DNA of 63,643 nt, counting the filler, from Choristocarpus tenellus KU-1152 (Eukaryota > Protista > Phaeophyceae), in assembly GCA_964200185.2 (NCBI GenBank). It is 12 parts of 12 records of this genome, joined end to end, with 100 filler letters (N's around TTAATTAATTAA, not from the genome) between each part and the next. Parts side by side here need not be neighbours in the genome. Positions count along the whole stretch, not along the records: positions 21,307 to 27,118 come from CAXNAD020009694.1; positions 27,219 to 35,367 come from CAXNAD020005078.1; positions 35,468 to 38,991 come from CAXNAD020019462.1; 9 more parts are not named here. One strand, written 5' to 3'. Under the pieces are notes generated by a model that was given only the letters and a program-made list of their open reading frames with translations, had not been told where the DNA came from and did not search any database. A program made the position numbers and the translations under genes. Shown here piece by piece: positions 25,559 through 38,950 of the stretch (position 1 is the first letter of the stretch; the number at the start of each line of letters is the position of its first letter).

Positions 25559-26223
25559 TGTTAAAACATAGGCTTCTCATTTGTTTTTTTCTTGATATGA
25601 TACAGTGCCACCAGTTCATGCTGAATGTTGATTGGTCTGCTGTACTGGTCGTTACTTCCACTGGCATCGCTAGCTCATCATCATAGCACCATGAACTTTC
25701 TTCAAAACACCGCAGTACATAGGAAGCATCAGAACAGTCGCTACACATCACACACACAGGCATAATATGTGTTTCTCGAGTTACATCAGAAACTGATTAA
25801 AGTTTGTTGTGTTTCTTTGTTTTTTGTTTTCCCCTTCTTCTCAATAGCAGAAGACTCCAGTTGTATGTCAATTGTTGATTATTATTTTTCTTGATTGGCA
25901 TTGCCCCCTCATAAGACACCAAGTTCACTCTGCTTTGAGTGTATCTGATACACAAATGGATGCCATATAATCAGAGTCAAAACATCCACAGAAACCCTTG
26001 TCCGCAAAGGTAACAAGCCTCTTCTTAGAGTGATAATTTCTTCCTTTCTTTGAGTGTATCAAGGAAGACCACTGAATTCACATAATCCATCTTGTGGCTG
26101 AGCGAGCAATGACCTCAGTCTCAACAGAACAAACTCACCGGTGCTTTGTGACACTATGGCACCTCTTCGCATCACAAACTAACCATTTACCATTTCATAC
26201 GAAAGCACGACTCATTTGATGCA
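25559..26223 (+). mobile_element. LTR-like repeat, copy 2, followed by a PBS-like GGTTATGAGCC
   Basis: TG...CA ends and homology to 2651-3384. The following ggttatgagcc resembles the copia GGTTATGGGCCC primer-site motif. Confidence 0.65.
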
Positions 26224-27356
26224 GGTTATGAGCCTCAACATTTGATTGACATATACTACATCACATTTGCCCGACCTTGTCTTGTACTATCCTCCCCTCT
26301 CACCCCACCAGATAACACCACTGTACCACCATGGAATGCACCCTGAAACTACTCATCTTCTCTGGCAATGACTCCTCCTAAGACGCGTTCAAACTCGACT
26401 TTGTAGGCATCTTGAGCTGCCTGTCCCCTCGGCCCCATTGAGTTTTGATCCAGCGCGCTCCCCGCCCTTCCACCAATACCACCAACCCCACCACCACATA
26501 CTAAGAAGACAACGATCAGCTGTTCGGCATTCTCCTTGCTACATGCCGTGGACCTGCCAAAGTCATTCGTATTCCACATGTGCTGTGGCGACTACTGGCT
26601 GGACTACAGTGATTTATCATCACCCTCACCTCCTGAATGGCAAGACACGCATTCCACTATGGACCTCGGGCTCCTTGTACTACTTGGGCTTCTCCCTGTG
26701 TCTCCCAACCCTGCCACCTACTGATCCAAACACTCCCAGCACTGCCTCGCTGCCCTCCCGGCCCAACCTACCACCCCTTACCTGTCCCCATTGCCCCCTC
26801 CCAGTCACACCAGTCCCGGCCTTTCATCCCTCCTACTCTGGCATCACCGCTTTGCCCACATCACTCACATTCACACCTCACGCCCCTCACTCTGCATTTG
26901 ACTCAACGTTCAAGAGAAAACCCCGTACACCATAGTCTCATAGTCATGACAAAATAGGGCACTGCCATAAAAGGACTCTCCCCCTTTCAAAACCATGAAC
27001 ACCAAATAAATACAGATACAAAATCACACAAAGAATAATGGTATGTGCATAGAAAGACTCTCCTTCCCTAAGAACAATGGACATAAAGAAGTACAAGCCT
27101 TAAGTATCTGAGGGGGGGNNNNNNNNNNNNNNNNNNNNNNNNNNNNNNNNNNNNNNNNNNNNTTAATTAATTAANNNNNNNNNNNNNNNNNNNNNNNNNN
27201 NNNNNNNNNNNNNNNNNNCCCCCCAGATACTTTGACCCTGTTGACAGGTAGGCAACACACAAACAAAATAGTACACGAATAGAAATCTCAACCAATGAAA
27301 CAGCCCACACAAATCAGGTACACCAATAGCAGTGCGAGATCAAATTCTACACCAAC

Positions 27357-30300
27357 CTTTGTCTCCTTCTTGCGGAGCAAGTTGGCCTGTGCCTTCCTCT
27401 GGCTCACAAGACTCTCCTTGGTAGACTCCAGGACCAATTTCACCTTGTTACCTTGCCGAAGCTAAGCAACACAAAAAGCAAACAACCAAAGCGCAAGCGG
27501 GCCGGTTCAGAACTTACTTATCACAGCGAGAAAGAAGAAAGAGGGCAAGAAACGGCCGTCTAAACCCTTCCCGCATATCAGTAGATGTTGCACGAACACT
27601 ACACTAGCAATATACCGTAAAACTTCCTCCTCCCCACCCCCATCGAGAACGATGTGAACTCAATGCAACCAGAGGACAGGAGAATTTCCAAGGACAACTT
27701 CATCCCAACACAACAACTCCCCCCCTAGGGTAGAGGTTATACCAGGTACATGTTCAACTCGAACAGTGCAGAGGGGACTAAAGGTGTACTTCAATAGGAA
27801 AAGCCCTCCTGAAAAGCTACCACGCTTTGTAACCAATTACAACAATATAGACTTCTCCAGCTCTTTGATGTCATTGCAGCTGTGAAAGGGAGAAAATCGA
27901 CAAACTCAGCCCTGCATTACGTCCTACACGAAGGACCAAGGTACGTTCACACGTTTAAACCTGGATGGTTTTAACGAGGTTGGTTGGCCGCTGTTTTTAT
28001 AAAAAAACCTGGATGCACAGGACACACAACCCTCACGTAAAGTTCCTCCATGAGTTGGGCGATGTCAAAATGGAATCAGTGAGCAAAACAGTTGACTGTG
28101 CTGTAAACACACACAATGTTCCATTAAAAAAGAGGCACATCAGTGATGGCATTTCGTATCGTTGGTTCTTACTGCTAACTCAAAAGACCACTTACTCTGA
28201 TGGCAGACTGAACTCTGCCAAGGCCAACCCCCTTGGCACTCCACACCTCATCACCAAACGTTGCTGACACAAAGGAGACCAAGTCACCGACCTAAATAGA
28301 GTCAGCCAGGATAGACATCGACTTCAGTTATGTTCGAAATAAACTACAGCATAATGGGACAACTTTTAAACTCATTTCAACCAAGGTCACACATTTGATG
28401 ATCTACTAAAGTATAATAAAAACTTCTCAAGCCCACAGAAATAGCATCTCACACAGCAAGGTCAAAAGATGATTGTACAAGCATGTGCCTTGATGTTATT
28501 CTGACACCAACACCTCCCTGACCCCCCCACCAAGTAGCCAGCAGCAGGACCAATTTCAAATAGACACGCGTGTAGAAGGCAACAACAGAAATAGCGCTCC
28601 TGCAGCATAGTCCTATGCAAATCAGCAAATGCAAACAAAAACTCACATTGATCTTCTTATTCTTAGAGGCGTTAGATCCGCTCAAAATCTCCACAATATA
28701 CACGTTTCCCCTTTCGTCCTCCTCTAGCACCAGACCCATGGGCTGCACAGTTAAAAAAAGCCCAAGGCAAAAGGTTAGGGTGGGGTAAAAAGAGAAAAAG
28801 TTCAATCGGTGGAGATTGGCACAAGGTAGTAGGGCAGGGGCTGGCGGTTCGTCAATGTTGAGGTGTCAATTAGAATGGAAGAGAAGGTATCCGACATGCA
28901 AGTGACTGAGTTATCTAAGAAAATGTGGTGAGGTGAGAGCCCATCTTAAGGAGCGCTTTGGCATAGCGCACGACCTTAGATTGATCTGCATGTTGGAATG
29001 GTACGCAGCAGCAAAGAGCCAGTTCAAGGCATGCCCAGGGCCTGCAATTAATGTAGCGGGAATACATGTCGATTACCTCTGAGGCTTCATCCTACAAGAT
29101 ACTATGTTGCGATACTCTGGGCCTACGGAAGCTGCATTTGGTCAAGGCTAGAACGTGACTCATTTGTGCGACATGGTAGTCGATTTCAGGTCAAGTTGAG
29201 ACTTACATTACAATGTGAAATGGGTTAATATCATCAAGCAATGGATGAAACAAAGCCAGAGAAAGTGTAGAACAGCAGCTCATAGAAAGAGTCACAGCTC
29301 TTATGTGACCGTCAAAACACGTGCCATGTACCAACATGGTCCTGTACTTGCCAATTCTCTTCAACATTGCGTAGTCTTACATCTTGTGTTGGTCCATCTT
29401 GTACCTTTTACACCCATGGGTGCCTCAGATTATATCCAGATATTGCACGACAAATGAAATGCAAAGAGCTTACCCATTACACCCCCATTCCCGTACCCCC
29501 TTGGAATCAGCACCAGTCGCCATGTTTCCTCGCCATAAAGGTGCAAAAGCATCAAGTACCAATACATAACCTGTGTTCTGTTTTGTTGAGTATACGGAAA
29601 AATAGTCAACCGTAACTCTACTAGGTCAAGACAGTCCCTCCCTCCCCCCCAACCCTCCTTCATTTCAACATATTGTGGCGCACCTTTTGGATCTCTACGA
29701 CACGGTCATTCGGCCCAACCTTACGGGCAGCACGAGCCACATTCGCCAGCGCCCGTTCATCAAGTTCATCTTCCTTCGCCATTTGCAACCGAGATATCGA
29801 GGTTCGTGGCAAGATGGTATTCGAATAGACCTGTAGGGAGGCAGAACGAGATGTCTGGTGAGTTGTGTGCTCCTGCTCGGATAGACTTTGCCATGGTTGA
29901 ATAGAAAATACAGTCGCCTTCACAACTTCCAACACAAATTCCCTATGGAAGGCAACAAAGAACTGTACGAATAGCCTGTCAATAATACCCCAATCTGCCC
30001 ACTGTCCACTGAAGGGATGACAATTTAGAACTGGACATTTAGGAAGACAACGAGACGAACCCCCCAATCAGACTGAGCGATTTAAAATTAGTAGAAGGAA
30101 GGATCACAAGTAGAGATCTCGCCAGATGTGCGAACACTTGATGTAGAGGTGATTCTAACCATTCAGGTTGCCACTCTAAATCACCCTTGAACTGTTTTCC
30201 ATAGACAAAGAGGTCTGTCATGTTATCGGCTGGGGGTTACAAGCCAACGCTAATGCGCACATGGCCTTACTGGCATCATACCTGGGAGGGGGCGTAGGTA

Positions 30301-30389
30301 AGTCGTCCTGCAGTGCGGGTGGAGAGCGACACATGGAAAGCGGTGCAGCAGGTGGCAAGGGCTGCGACGAGTAGTGCTCGAATCATCAT
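27357..30389 (-). CDS. Plastid-targeted PDZ-domain protein, MET1/ZKT-like; 3'-partial. Exons 30282-30389, 29684-29830, 28647-28742, 28196-28291, 27357-27461
   Basis: All exons are phase 0, GT-AG. Leader MMIRALLVAALATCCTAF (ASAF-type). PDZ: QKPMGLVLEEDERGNVYIVEILSGSNA...VGDLVSFVSATFGDEVWSAKGVGLGRVQSAIRLRQGNKVKLVLES. Confidence 0.88.
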
Positions 30390-30826
30390 GGTAGTGCGGG
30401 GTTCAGTCTCACGGGACACGGAAAGGTGAGACAGGGGCAATAAAGAAACAGAGATGAAAGGAAAGAAATAGAGGACGGACTTTTAAAGCGTTGATATTAT
30501 TGTGTCGGTGGTGTTGACTCTCGAGTAAACCCTACTCCCAGTGCCCACTTCCTGCTAGGAGGACAGTGATGTTATTGACTATTTTGTTGGAGATAGGAAC
30601 ATATTTTTGTTTTTTTCACGCATACGTTTTCTTTGATGTCGTCACCAATCTGGTCAGTCTGTGCTGATTGCATCTAAATATCGTCAGACCATATACACTC
30701 ACTTCGACACACTCTACTCTTCACCCAACTTCTCCAAGTTCGAACGATAAGTGCGGGGTCAGGATTAAGGTTGCTAGCTCCCCTCCCAGCAGTATAAGTT
30801 GTTATAAGGTTGAGAGGGCTGCCAAA
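30390..30826. promoter_or_regulatory. Putative bidirectional promoter
   Basis: 437 bp between divergent start codons on one contig, with no recognisable TE. Confidence 0.55.
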
Positions 30827-32004
30827 ATGGGGAACTCAAGGCAATCGTTGTTTGTATACGTGACGCTGCTTCTGCTAACCACTTTGATGGGCCGATCATC
30901 ATCGTTCATGATGCCCACAGGAGTACTCACGCGAACAGCTAGTCATTCACCGAAGAGCTTGAGGATGGTGAGCATGATCAGTGGTTCTAACTGAGATCAA
31001 GGATGGAATTGCCCACCTAGCGCGATCCCCACAGCATCAGTTTTTCCCTATGACGCCCCTTCGTCTAACCAAATGCATAGATCATCACTATCGCTTGTAT
31101 TGTGACCTATACCCTCCCAAATTCTTAGCACTTCGCTCGAATTTATTTCCCAGCAATATTGCATATCGACCATCGCTACTTGACGATTGACACCCCCATT
31201 CCTCTTCATCTCGACCATAGGCGGACACAGTGGTCGAGTTCACGGTGACGGGAAAAACAGTAACCGTCCCTGTGGGGACTCCCCTGTCGCAACTTTGCGC
31301 CAAGAATGGGGTCAAGGTATGATATTAATGTAGCTGCTTGGAACACAACACAAACTGATGAGCGCTGCAATGCCCTACATACCTAAGAATAGACCTGAAC
31401 CATGTTGTCCGTGTAGGGCTCCAGTATAGGACAAGGCCTTTGCTAAATTCCTCCTCAGGTTGATGAAGAGGGAAGAACTGTACGACCTTGGTGGTACTCA
31501 GCAGCACCCTCAATTCGTAGCTCGGCTTGACAAGTTAGTGTTGGTCCTAATCTCTCAGGGGGGATCGTTAGGCAGACTTCAACAATATCCAATCACTCCT
31601 TATCTGGAGTTTGCATATCCACTAGAATCAGTATGCTCTCTGAATTTATTCGATTCCTAGCGATTGCAATTTATGGTGGTGGGTGAGACATTGCCCATGT
31701 TGTACATCCACTGTGGAGTCCTTTTTAGTCTGTTGGAGCAGGCTCTACTGTGGAACACCATAAAGAACGTTGTCTCGAGCAGTGGCATTATAGCAAGCTG
31801 AACTTATCATGAAATTCTCCATTGCTTGTGAATAAATATGCATAACATTACATACCTTGCAATTACCTTTTTTCCGTATAGGTGAAATATAATTGCAAGG
31901 AGGGTCACTGCAAAACTTGTGAGATTAATGTCGATGGAAATTGGGTGAGGGCTTGCCAAGGGAAGGTTCAATCATCTCGACGCATTGTCAAAATCAGGAA
32001 GTGA
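30827..32004 (+). CDS. Small plastid-targeted 2Fe-2S ferredoxin-like protein. Exons 30827-30967, 31221-31316, 31882-32004
   Basis: Signal peptide ending SSSF plus transit peptide, then ADTVVEFTVTGKTVTVPVGTPLSQLCAKNGVKVKYNCKEGHCKTCEINVDGNWVRACQGK with C-x4-C-x2-C...C. The stop position is slightly uncertain. Confidence 0.88.
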
Positions 32005-33816
32005 TAAGAGCCACCGAAGACGTTACCGTTTTTCTGTACCACCACCGCAATTTTGTGGTATCGGGCTGAACTTTCAATGACGGCACACCTGAACTAGGAT
32101 GGCAAGAAGGGGATTGGGAGAGAGGGGGGGGGCATATTTTGCCTATTAAAAGGCTGTCTTTGCTTGCGCAAAGATGCAATACATGGCTTTATGATCTGCT
32201 GCTTGGCTTGTGGGTGATGCCCTTGGGTTCAGCATGGACTTGTAGTTTAATAAAAACTTCAAATACTTGGAAGTATTTCATTTGCTGTTGGTGCTGCATG
32301 GCTAGATCAAAATCCTGATAGAAGAATATTGGTCACCACAACATCTTCAATGACATCCATGTGTGGATTGGAGGACAAGGTCAACATGTAGCTCCCTCTG
32401 CTCAACTTTGGGAACAGGCCTCATCAAGGTTTGGAGATGTTTTCTGTGCTTGGTACATATTACTTCTCCAAGTAATTTAGTGGGAGTATGTGACGTTTGT
32501 GTACTATTGTCTGTACGCACGTGTCATTTGGTGCAAGAACGGAAATTTATTCCTCTGGATGGGATCTGTTGAAACCCAGGAATGGCCTCAAGGGGTCACA
32601 CAACTTCTGTGAAAGATGCAACAGAGTTAGACCTTGGCATCATACAAATCCTAGTGCTAGATGGTTTGGATTTGGGGTTAGAGAGTATGGGTTAGAGCAA
32701 AGAGTCAGGGGAGTGATAGCAGTACCTCTCCTGTACAAATTGGAGGCAGTCATGCCAGCATGTTTAAAGAGGTTGGCACTGCTGTTTCTTTAACATCACA
32801 TCTGTGCGATTTTTGAGGATTGGATGTGGTGGAGGTGTGATTATCCCATCCCAGTGTGACAGGAGGGTGCTACTCTGCAGACTGCAGTTTCAATATTGCA
32901 TATCCTATGACAGTGGACACAACAGTAATTAGTGCGATCACGTAACCCTGGGAAGAGACAAAACTGAGATGTACATAAAAATTTTCACACTATGTGATGA
33001 TAATATCTGATGACTTCAACAAGCTCTGCTGTATACCTGCACCACCTAGATGTCCACGTGCTTTTTGACTTTTTTCAGCCTCTTACATCTGTGAGAGCTA
33101 GAACAACAAAAAAAGTGGGTTGAATCCCTACATGTACCCCTATGCATGATTCTACCTTTCAATTTTAATGTACTCTTTACATTCTGGGCACATTCTGACT
33201 TCTCGAGCTGTTGTTAGAATAATATATATTTGTGTCAGCTCAACATCTGTGCTCTCCTCCTACTCCAAAGTATGAGTACTACTTGCAGGCGTATGTATGT
33301 TGCATTGCACTTCACTTAAAAGAGTCTCTTTCCTCACAGTCGCTGATGTGCATTCTGTGCAATGGGGACAACACATCGATAGGACAGATGCACACCAACC
33401 CAATACAAGCTCCCTGCAGTGTGTCATCATCAGTTTCATAAAAAGATTGGGGATTGTAAAACCGCATTTTTGGAGTTTCCCTCAACCACAAGGATCAAGT
33501 GTGAGAGGATACAAAGTGAAAAGGAATCATTTCACCAATAACAGAGCAGCAAGTCCATACGTGTGTCATGCTTGTGGAGAGGGGGTAGGGGTAGGTGACA
33601 TGTACCATGTAACCTTCCAACCCCCCTCTTCTAGTCTGGACTCAAAAACACATCAAATACAAATGGAAATTGCCTGCAGCGATTTTAAATAAAGGGTTAC
33701 GAAAATCTCCGTTGACTAGTGCGCACTGTGCAAGGGGTTTGAAGTCAGCTTTTGACGTATGTACACAGGAAGAGGAGAGCAGTCACAGCTACGCCTCTCA
33801 GTCACGAAAAAAAAAA

Positions 33817-34630
33817 TCACAACGCCTGTACCCTTTTTAGAAGAACCTCTACATCTGATTTCAAGGGTGCTGCTATTGAGAGCACCACAGGAAGCATTGA
33901 TAGGGGGTCGCCAGAAGCAGAGCCCTGGCTAGTGTCATTGCCAGATGCAGCGGGTGTCTCTGCCATTGGAGATGTCACACCAGGCAATCTATGTGATTGC
34001 CCCTGCTGTTCCTGCTCATCCTCTTCCAAGGTGGCTGGGACTTGAATCTCCATCACGCCTTCCAACTGCGATAACTCCTCCTCCACCCCTCTCTGAAGGT
34101 TTAGGGTTTGTGGGAGGTGGTTGGGCAGTGAGGGAGGACCTACGTGCAGACCAAGAAAATGAATCAACAAGATGCAAGGAAGACCATGTGTGGGGTACAC
34201 GGCAAACAGTGCAACTCACAACGTTGACAGCAAAACCTATTTGGGGGGGGAGGGCAGACGGAGTGTAGCATGGGAAAAGGAAAGAGAGGTGATAAAACTT
34301 GCCTGAATCATGCCTGCCTTTACCGGATCTCTTGTGAAAACCTTTCGGAAGGCCTTAGCTTCAAATCCAAACATTGGTCGTGTGATCTCATCGCTCAAGA
34401 TGACACGTGTCACCCGTGTTCCATCTTCTATCTCAGCCACCACCTGCCCCCAGGAGCGATTGCACGGGGGGGAGGGGGGGAGTTGGGGCGTATGTAATAG
34501 GAATAAGGGTTAGGCGAGTGGCCTGTTCCTTTGCAGCACCACTTATATCGCCATCGTAGTATTGAGAAAGGAAAGCACTTGCCCCAGAGCAAGTTAGTTT
34601 GTCTCATTTTTCGTTTGTTTGATGTAGTTG

Positions 34631-34668
<38 letters not shown>

Positions 34669-34760
34669 CAAAAATGTGCGCGCAGTCCACCATGCGAACG
34701 GGACGCACGTGCGTGTGCGATTGTACGAGGTCAACGAACTGTGTGAGCAGAGCGTGCAGC

Positions 34761-34807
<47 letters not shown>

Positions 34808-35207
34808 AACAAACAAACAAAAACGAACAGAAAGTTACCCTTCGATTATCAGTTACGTTTCACAAGCGATAAAAAGATCAAAAAATAAATAAATCACATG
34901 CTGATTCAATTGCCACGATTCACACGACTGCATACACTTCATCGAGAGTGCGGTCATACACTTCCAACCAATTGGAAATTGCTTTCGCTTGTAAAACCGA
35001 GCCACATGCGTTGGTTTGAAGAAGTACAGATACCATACTCCTGCAGCACCATGGCAGAGAAACACCACTATGAACACAAAAATCAAGCTTTGGAGCTTTG
35101 GAGCTTTGGACAATTGGATAAGGACAACACACGTGCTGTGGTGCCACCCAACACCGTCGGAAACTGCACCACAACCCTGTAAAGTTCTAGTTCGGGATGG
35201 CCTTCTC
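33817..35207 (-). CDS. RMI1: RecQ-mediated genome instability protein 1, C-terminal OB-fold; 5'-partial. Exons 35176-35207, 34303-34443, 33817-34092
   Basis: LYRVVAEIEDGTRVTRVILSDEITRPMFGF...MIQRGVEEELSQLEGVMEIQ...LPVVLSIAAPLKSDVEVLLKRVQ follows the recalled RMI1_C pattern (xDDGS/ISDGT, FEGxMxVE, PVAxE, LLxRV). Confidence 0.72.
34631..34820. repeat. (AAT)n, (CA)n and (AAAC)n microsatellites in an RMI1 intron
   Basis: Direct inspection. Confidence 0.95.
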
Positions 35208-35589
35208 CTGATTTTGCAACAAAACATTTTTTTTTAAATCTTCACACAGCCATAGCCCTGTGAGTAATGTAATGTGGGGGGGGGGGGGGGGGGGGGGTTT
35301 TTAAAAACCCAAAAAAAAGAATAGATGAGGTTGTGGGGGGGAAGTAGGTAGTTCGGGGGGGGCGCTTNNNNNNNNNNNNNNNNNNNNNNNNNNNNNNNNN
35401 NNNNNNNNNNNTTAATTAATTAANNNNNNNNNNNNNNNNNNNNNNNNNNNNNNNNNNNNNNNNNNNNGGCCCTTCCAAGTGCAAAAACAGTCGCATAAAA
35501 AAACCTTGAGGTACTTTTTTAATACTCATAGTCCCGCTCCTGCCTCAATTTTGAAAATCCTCTGTTCTAACCCCTAACTAAAAACAATA

Positions 35590-35985
35590 GTACAAGAGGG
35601 ACAAATATGAACCTCAACAACTTTGATGTGGAAAGTTTTTGTCTCGGTAAGCAAGTAGAACGTTTTCTGGATGAGTTGGGTACACACGCAATAGGGGGAA
35701 GAGGGGCAGGAGGCTATACCAGGAAAGAAGGGGGCTGTCAAATAAATCCTGATTACGACAAATAGTGTCTGTCACTACACAAGTGACTTTCTCAAGACGA
35801 GGGAGGTGGGCAAGGAGGGGCCTGTCAGATTCTTGGGATGCTTCCCTAGTTCCTCGCCCACTCGTGTAGAGCTAAGCTAGGTTGGAGGCGTAGCAGCAGT
35901 GTACACATAACATCGTAATTATTATCATTTTGTTATAGTATAGTTGGTATTCAAATAGAAAATAGTATTTGGTGACGTACAGATA
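35590..35985 (+). mobile_element. Degenerate 3' end of a CRE-like non-LTR retrotransposon; its 3' UTR recurs at ~40715-40880
   Basis: Homologous to 53994-54320. The tail gatgcttccc..cctcgccc..agagctaagctaggttggagg is shared with 40726-40780. Confidence 0.7.
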
Positions 35986-36753
35986 GATATAAACAGATAG
36001 ATGGACGCACAGGAATCTCTTGGTTTTTCAGGGTAAATAAGTTAGAGAGCCAGTGTCGGAAGGTTTCCCTGGTTTGCTACAAAAACGTATAATATGAGAG
36101 AACCTGTTCTGGTAGCGGAGAGAGAGGAAAATGAGGATGAACATGAATTACTTGTCTTTACTCGGCACGTACATGTATGTGAGGGGTCCAAATAATGTGA
36201 TGGTCTAACTGAGGGAATTTTCTGTCGCACTCTTGTTTGGGGACTATCCCGACTCCTAGTCAGATTCTCATACTAACTACTAAAAAATGAAGCCTAACTA
36301 GACACGTCCTTTGTAAGACTGTGTTCCCTATGAACCAATATCCATGCTCCTACTACTATGGCTCCAGCCTAACCCTACGAATAATTGGACTGCCTCTGTT
36401 CCTTGCTTCTCATGTTGTTGCCTTCAGCATTCCCACAGCACTGCACATTGTTCTGCCTCCTTCCTCGAGTTTTGTCTTGGACTCGCCTAAAAAATTCTAC
36501 CTTGATCTTGGTGGTCCGGCGTTTTTTTGCGGCGTAAGGACACAGACAGCATAGTATATAAATATATATATATATTTCTTACAGGTACACAATCTGATGG
36601 GTTTCCCATTTGGAGTAGGAACATTGTACCAAATTATACCTTGAAAAGAGGGCTTCTGGTACAGAAGGAGCTACAACCTGCAGAATTCACACAGGTTGTT
36701 GCCACTTCATCCACTGAGCCACATGAGGACTCAAATCCAAACATCAAATGATT

Positions 36754-37008
36754 GAGTCAAAGTATCTTAGAGGGTAGATCCATGTCCACTTGGGGGACAA
36801 AATCCAATGTTGCAATTTTGATGAAATTTTGGCTATCATGTTAGGAGATGTCAATATCCTTTTTCCGAACAGACCTTTTCATAACGTATACATTTTACAT
36901 ACTCCGAAACATTTTGTAGTACGTAAAATGTAATAAAAAACTTGTGGGAAGCCAAGCCCCAAATCGACAAACAGGGAAAAACTCGTACCCTCTAAGATAC
37001 TTTCACTC
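36754..37008. mobile_element. MITE family B (~255 bp), full copy
   Basis: TIR gagt(c/g)aaagtatcttagagggta at both ends, flanked by ATT/ATT. Confidence 0.92.
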
Positions 37009-37300
37009 ATTTTTTGAGTAAGGTATTGTTATTACGTAACCTAGTCCTGTGTGATGGGGAATGATGAGAGCTACTAATGATGAGGTTGGGGAAGGAAGTG
37101 AGATGTAGGACTGAGGCATGCTGGGTGTGTGTTGAGAGTCTCAGATTAGCATGTTGCTCATTCCCGACTATGATTGACTGTAACCAATCAGAACAGGAAA
37201 CACAATCCTGGGCTTTGCTGGTTTGAATCTATTGTTCATGTTGGAGTGACTGTGAGTCAGTCATGTCTGACCCACACCACATCGTCTTGGCTGGGCTCAA

Positions 37301-37558
37301 GGGTCAAATTATCTTAGAGGGTAGAGCCACGTCCACTTGGGGGCCAAAATCCAATGTTGCAATTTTGATGTAATTTCGGATATCGTGTTTGTTAGGAGAT
37401 GTCAATATCCTTGTTCCGGACAAACCTTTTCATAACGTACACATTTTACCTACTCCAAAATATTTTGGAGTAGGTAAATGTCATTAAAAACCTGTGGGAA
37501 GACAAGCCCCAAATGGACAAACTGGGAAAAACTCGTACCCTCTAGGATACTTTCACTC
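37301..37558. mobile_element. MITE family B, full copy with a perfect internal 34-bp palindrome
   Basis: Homologous to 36754-37008. Palindrome tttacctactccaaaatattttggagtaggtaaa at 37445-37478. Confidence 0.92.
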
Positions 37559-38764
37559 TCAATGGCAAAGGATGGTGCGCGCAAAATGCATATGCCCGCA
37601 TTATCCGTATCAGTGTTTTGATGATTCCAAAAGGGACCTGTTCCTGACATTATGTATAAATATTTAATATGCATCATACCAAAGAGGCGAAAATTCCCTG
37701 CTGTTTGATATTGCCGTGTCAAAAATACTTCAATTATTTGATAACATTTTTTTGATATTGATTTGATATTGGAAGTAGAAAATGATGGAATTTCACCCCC
37801 TCTTGTCTTTATTCGCCAGACGAGATGTATGCCCTTTCATATAATGCAAGGAATAACCTGGAAACACTTGTCATGTGGGTAAGGATATAGGCCAAGTGTG
37901 TTGAGACACATTATTAGTATTTTTTCGAGTATATGCCATTATGTTTCCATCAAGTTGTGTCGTCCAAGTGGGGCCCACAGTCAATGCGATGTGACATTAT
38001 TAGCAAGGCGAAAATCATCTCTAACATACATAGAGAAAGCAACACAAAATGTATCACTCTACCCTAAGCCCATGTAGATGACCTCCAGCCAGGAGAGGTG
38101 GCAAAACACACCAAGGGGCGCTGCATTTGCCTCCACCACAACTGTGATTTCCTGCTACCTGCGCCTTCCACACTTGGGTACAAATTCGTCCCTGCAAGAG
38201 GGTAGCACAATAATGTCGCCAATTACATCACCAGAGATATGGTTGCGCTTCGCTGTGACTGTATATTGCTAGCAGAGGAGAATGGCGGTTCAATGTAGCT
38301 GAAGTGGCCTGCAGAGGCAAACTCTAATCAGTGTCACAACTTACCCAACTCTCCAAAAACCTCTTCCTTCACCTTCGACCATTTGAGGGGACCACCAAGC
38401 TCATCCACCGCGTCCATATCCACGGGTAACATACCATGGTATACCTCCACCTGGTATAGCAGTTAATCCTTGTATAGGTGATCTCCAACAGTCCCCTCTT
38501 GTGGGCATGTCACCCACCCCCATCTCTGATGGAGGGCACCCCATCATCCCACTGCTTTGTGTGGCGTCTTGGTTGCCTTCTTGATCACAACTTAGTCATG
38601 CTGAACTGCTGGTCACTCTCTTCATCATCAGAGGAGTTTTCTCCAAAGGCATTGAGCCCTCACCTTTAAATCCTGCTGACACCTATAATAGAAGACCCAA
38701 ACTCGTGACCTTCCTTTAGTGTTGGGGGCAAATTTCATCCTCAATATCTCAACTTCACCATTGA

Positions 38765-38950
38765 GGCTCAAAGGATCTAGGGGGGGGGGTGACGGCTATC
38801 CATTTGGGGCCAATTTTTCCATGTCGCGATTTTTTGGGTGATGTGGTTGCATGCGTCGGATGGATAATATAAGTGCACTTCTCCTGGTCAGGGTCCGAAT
38901 GTACACACTGGTACAGACCCCACCAACCCCCCCCCCCCCCCCCCCCCCCC
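38765..38950. mobile_element. MITE family A copy, right end degenerate
   Basis: Collinear with 41023-41206. Confidence 0.85.

Noticed and set aside
27102-27238. One MITE A spanning the gap and joining contigs 5 and 6
   Set aside because: The linker is artificial, the left TIR is truncated and no TSD matches. Many contigs end in this repeat.
17901-35207. DNA-repair gene cluster (ATM-like plus RMI1)
   Set aside because: The genes are on different contigs separated by artificial linkers.
36055-36549. Possible solo LTR (TGTC...GACA)
   Set aside because: No matching TSD and no second copy in the window.
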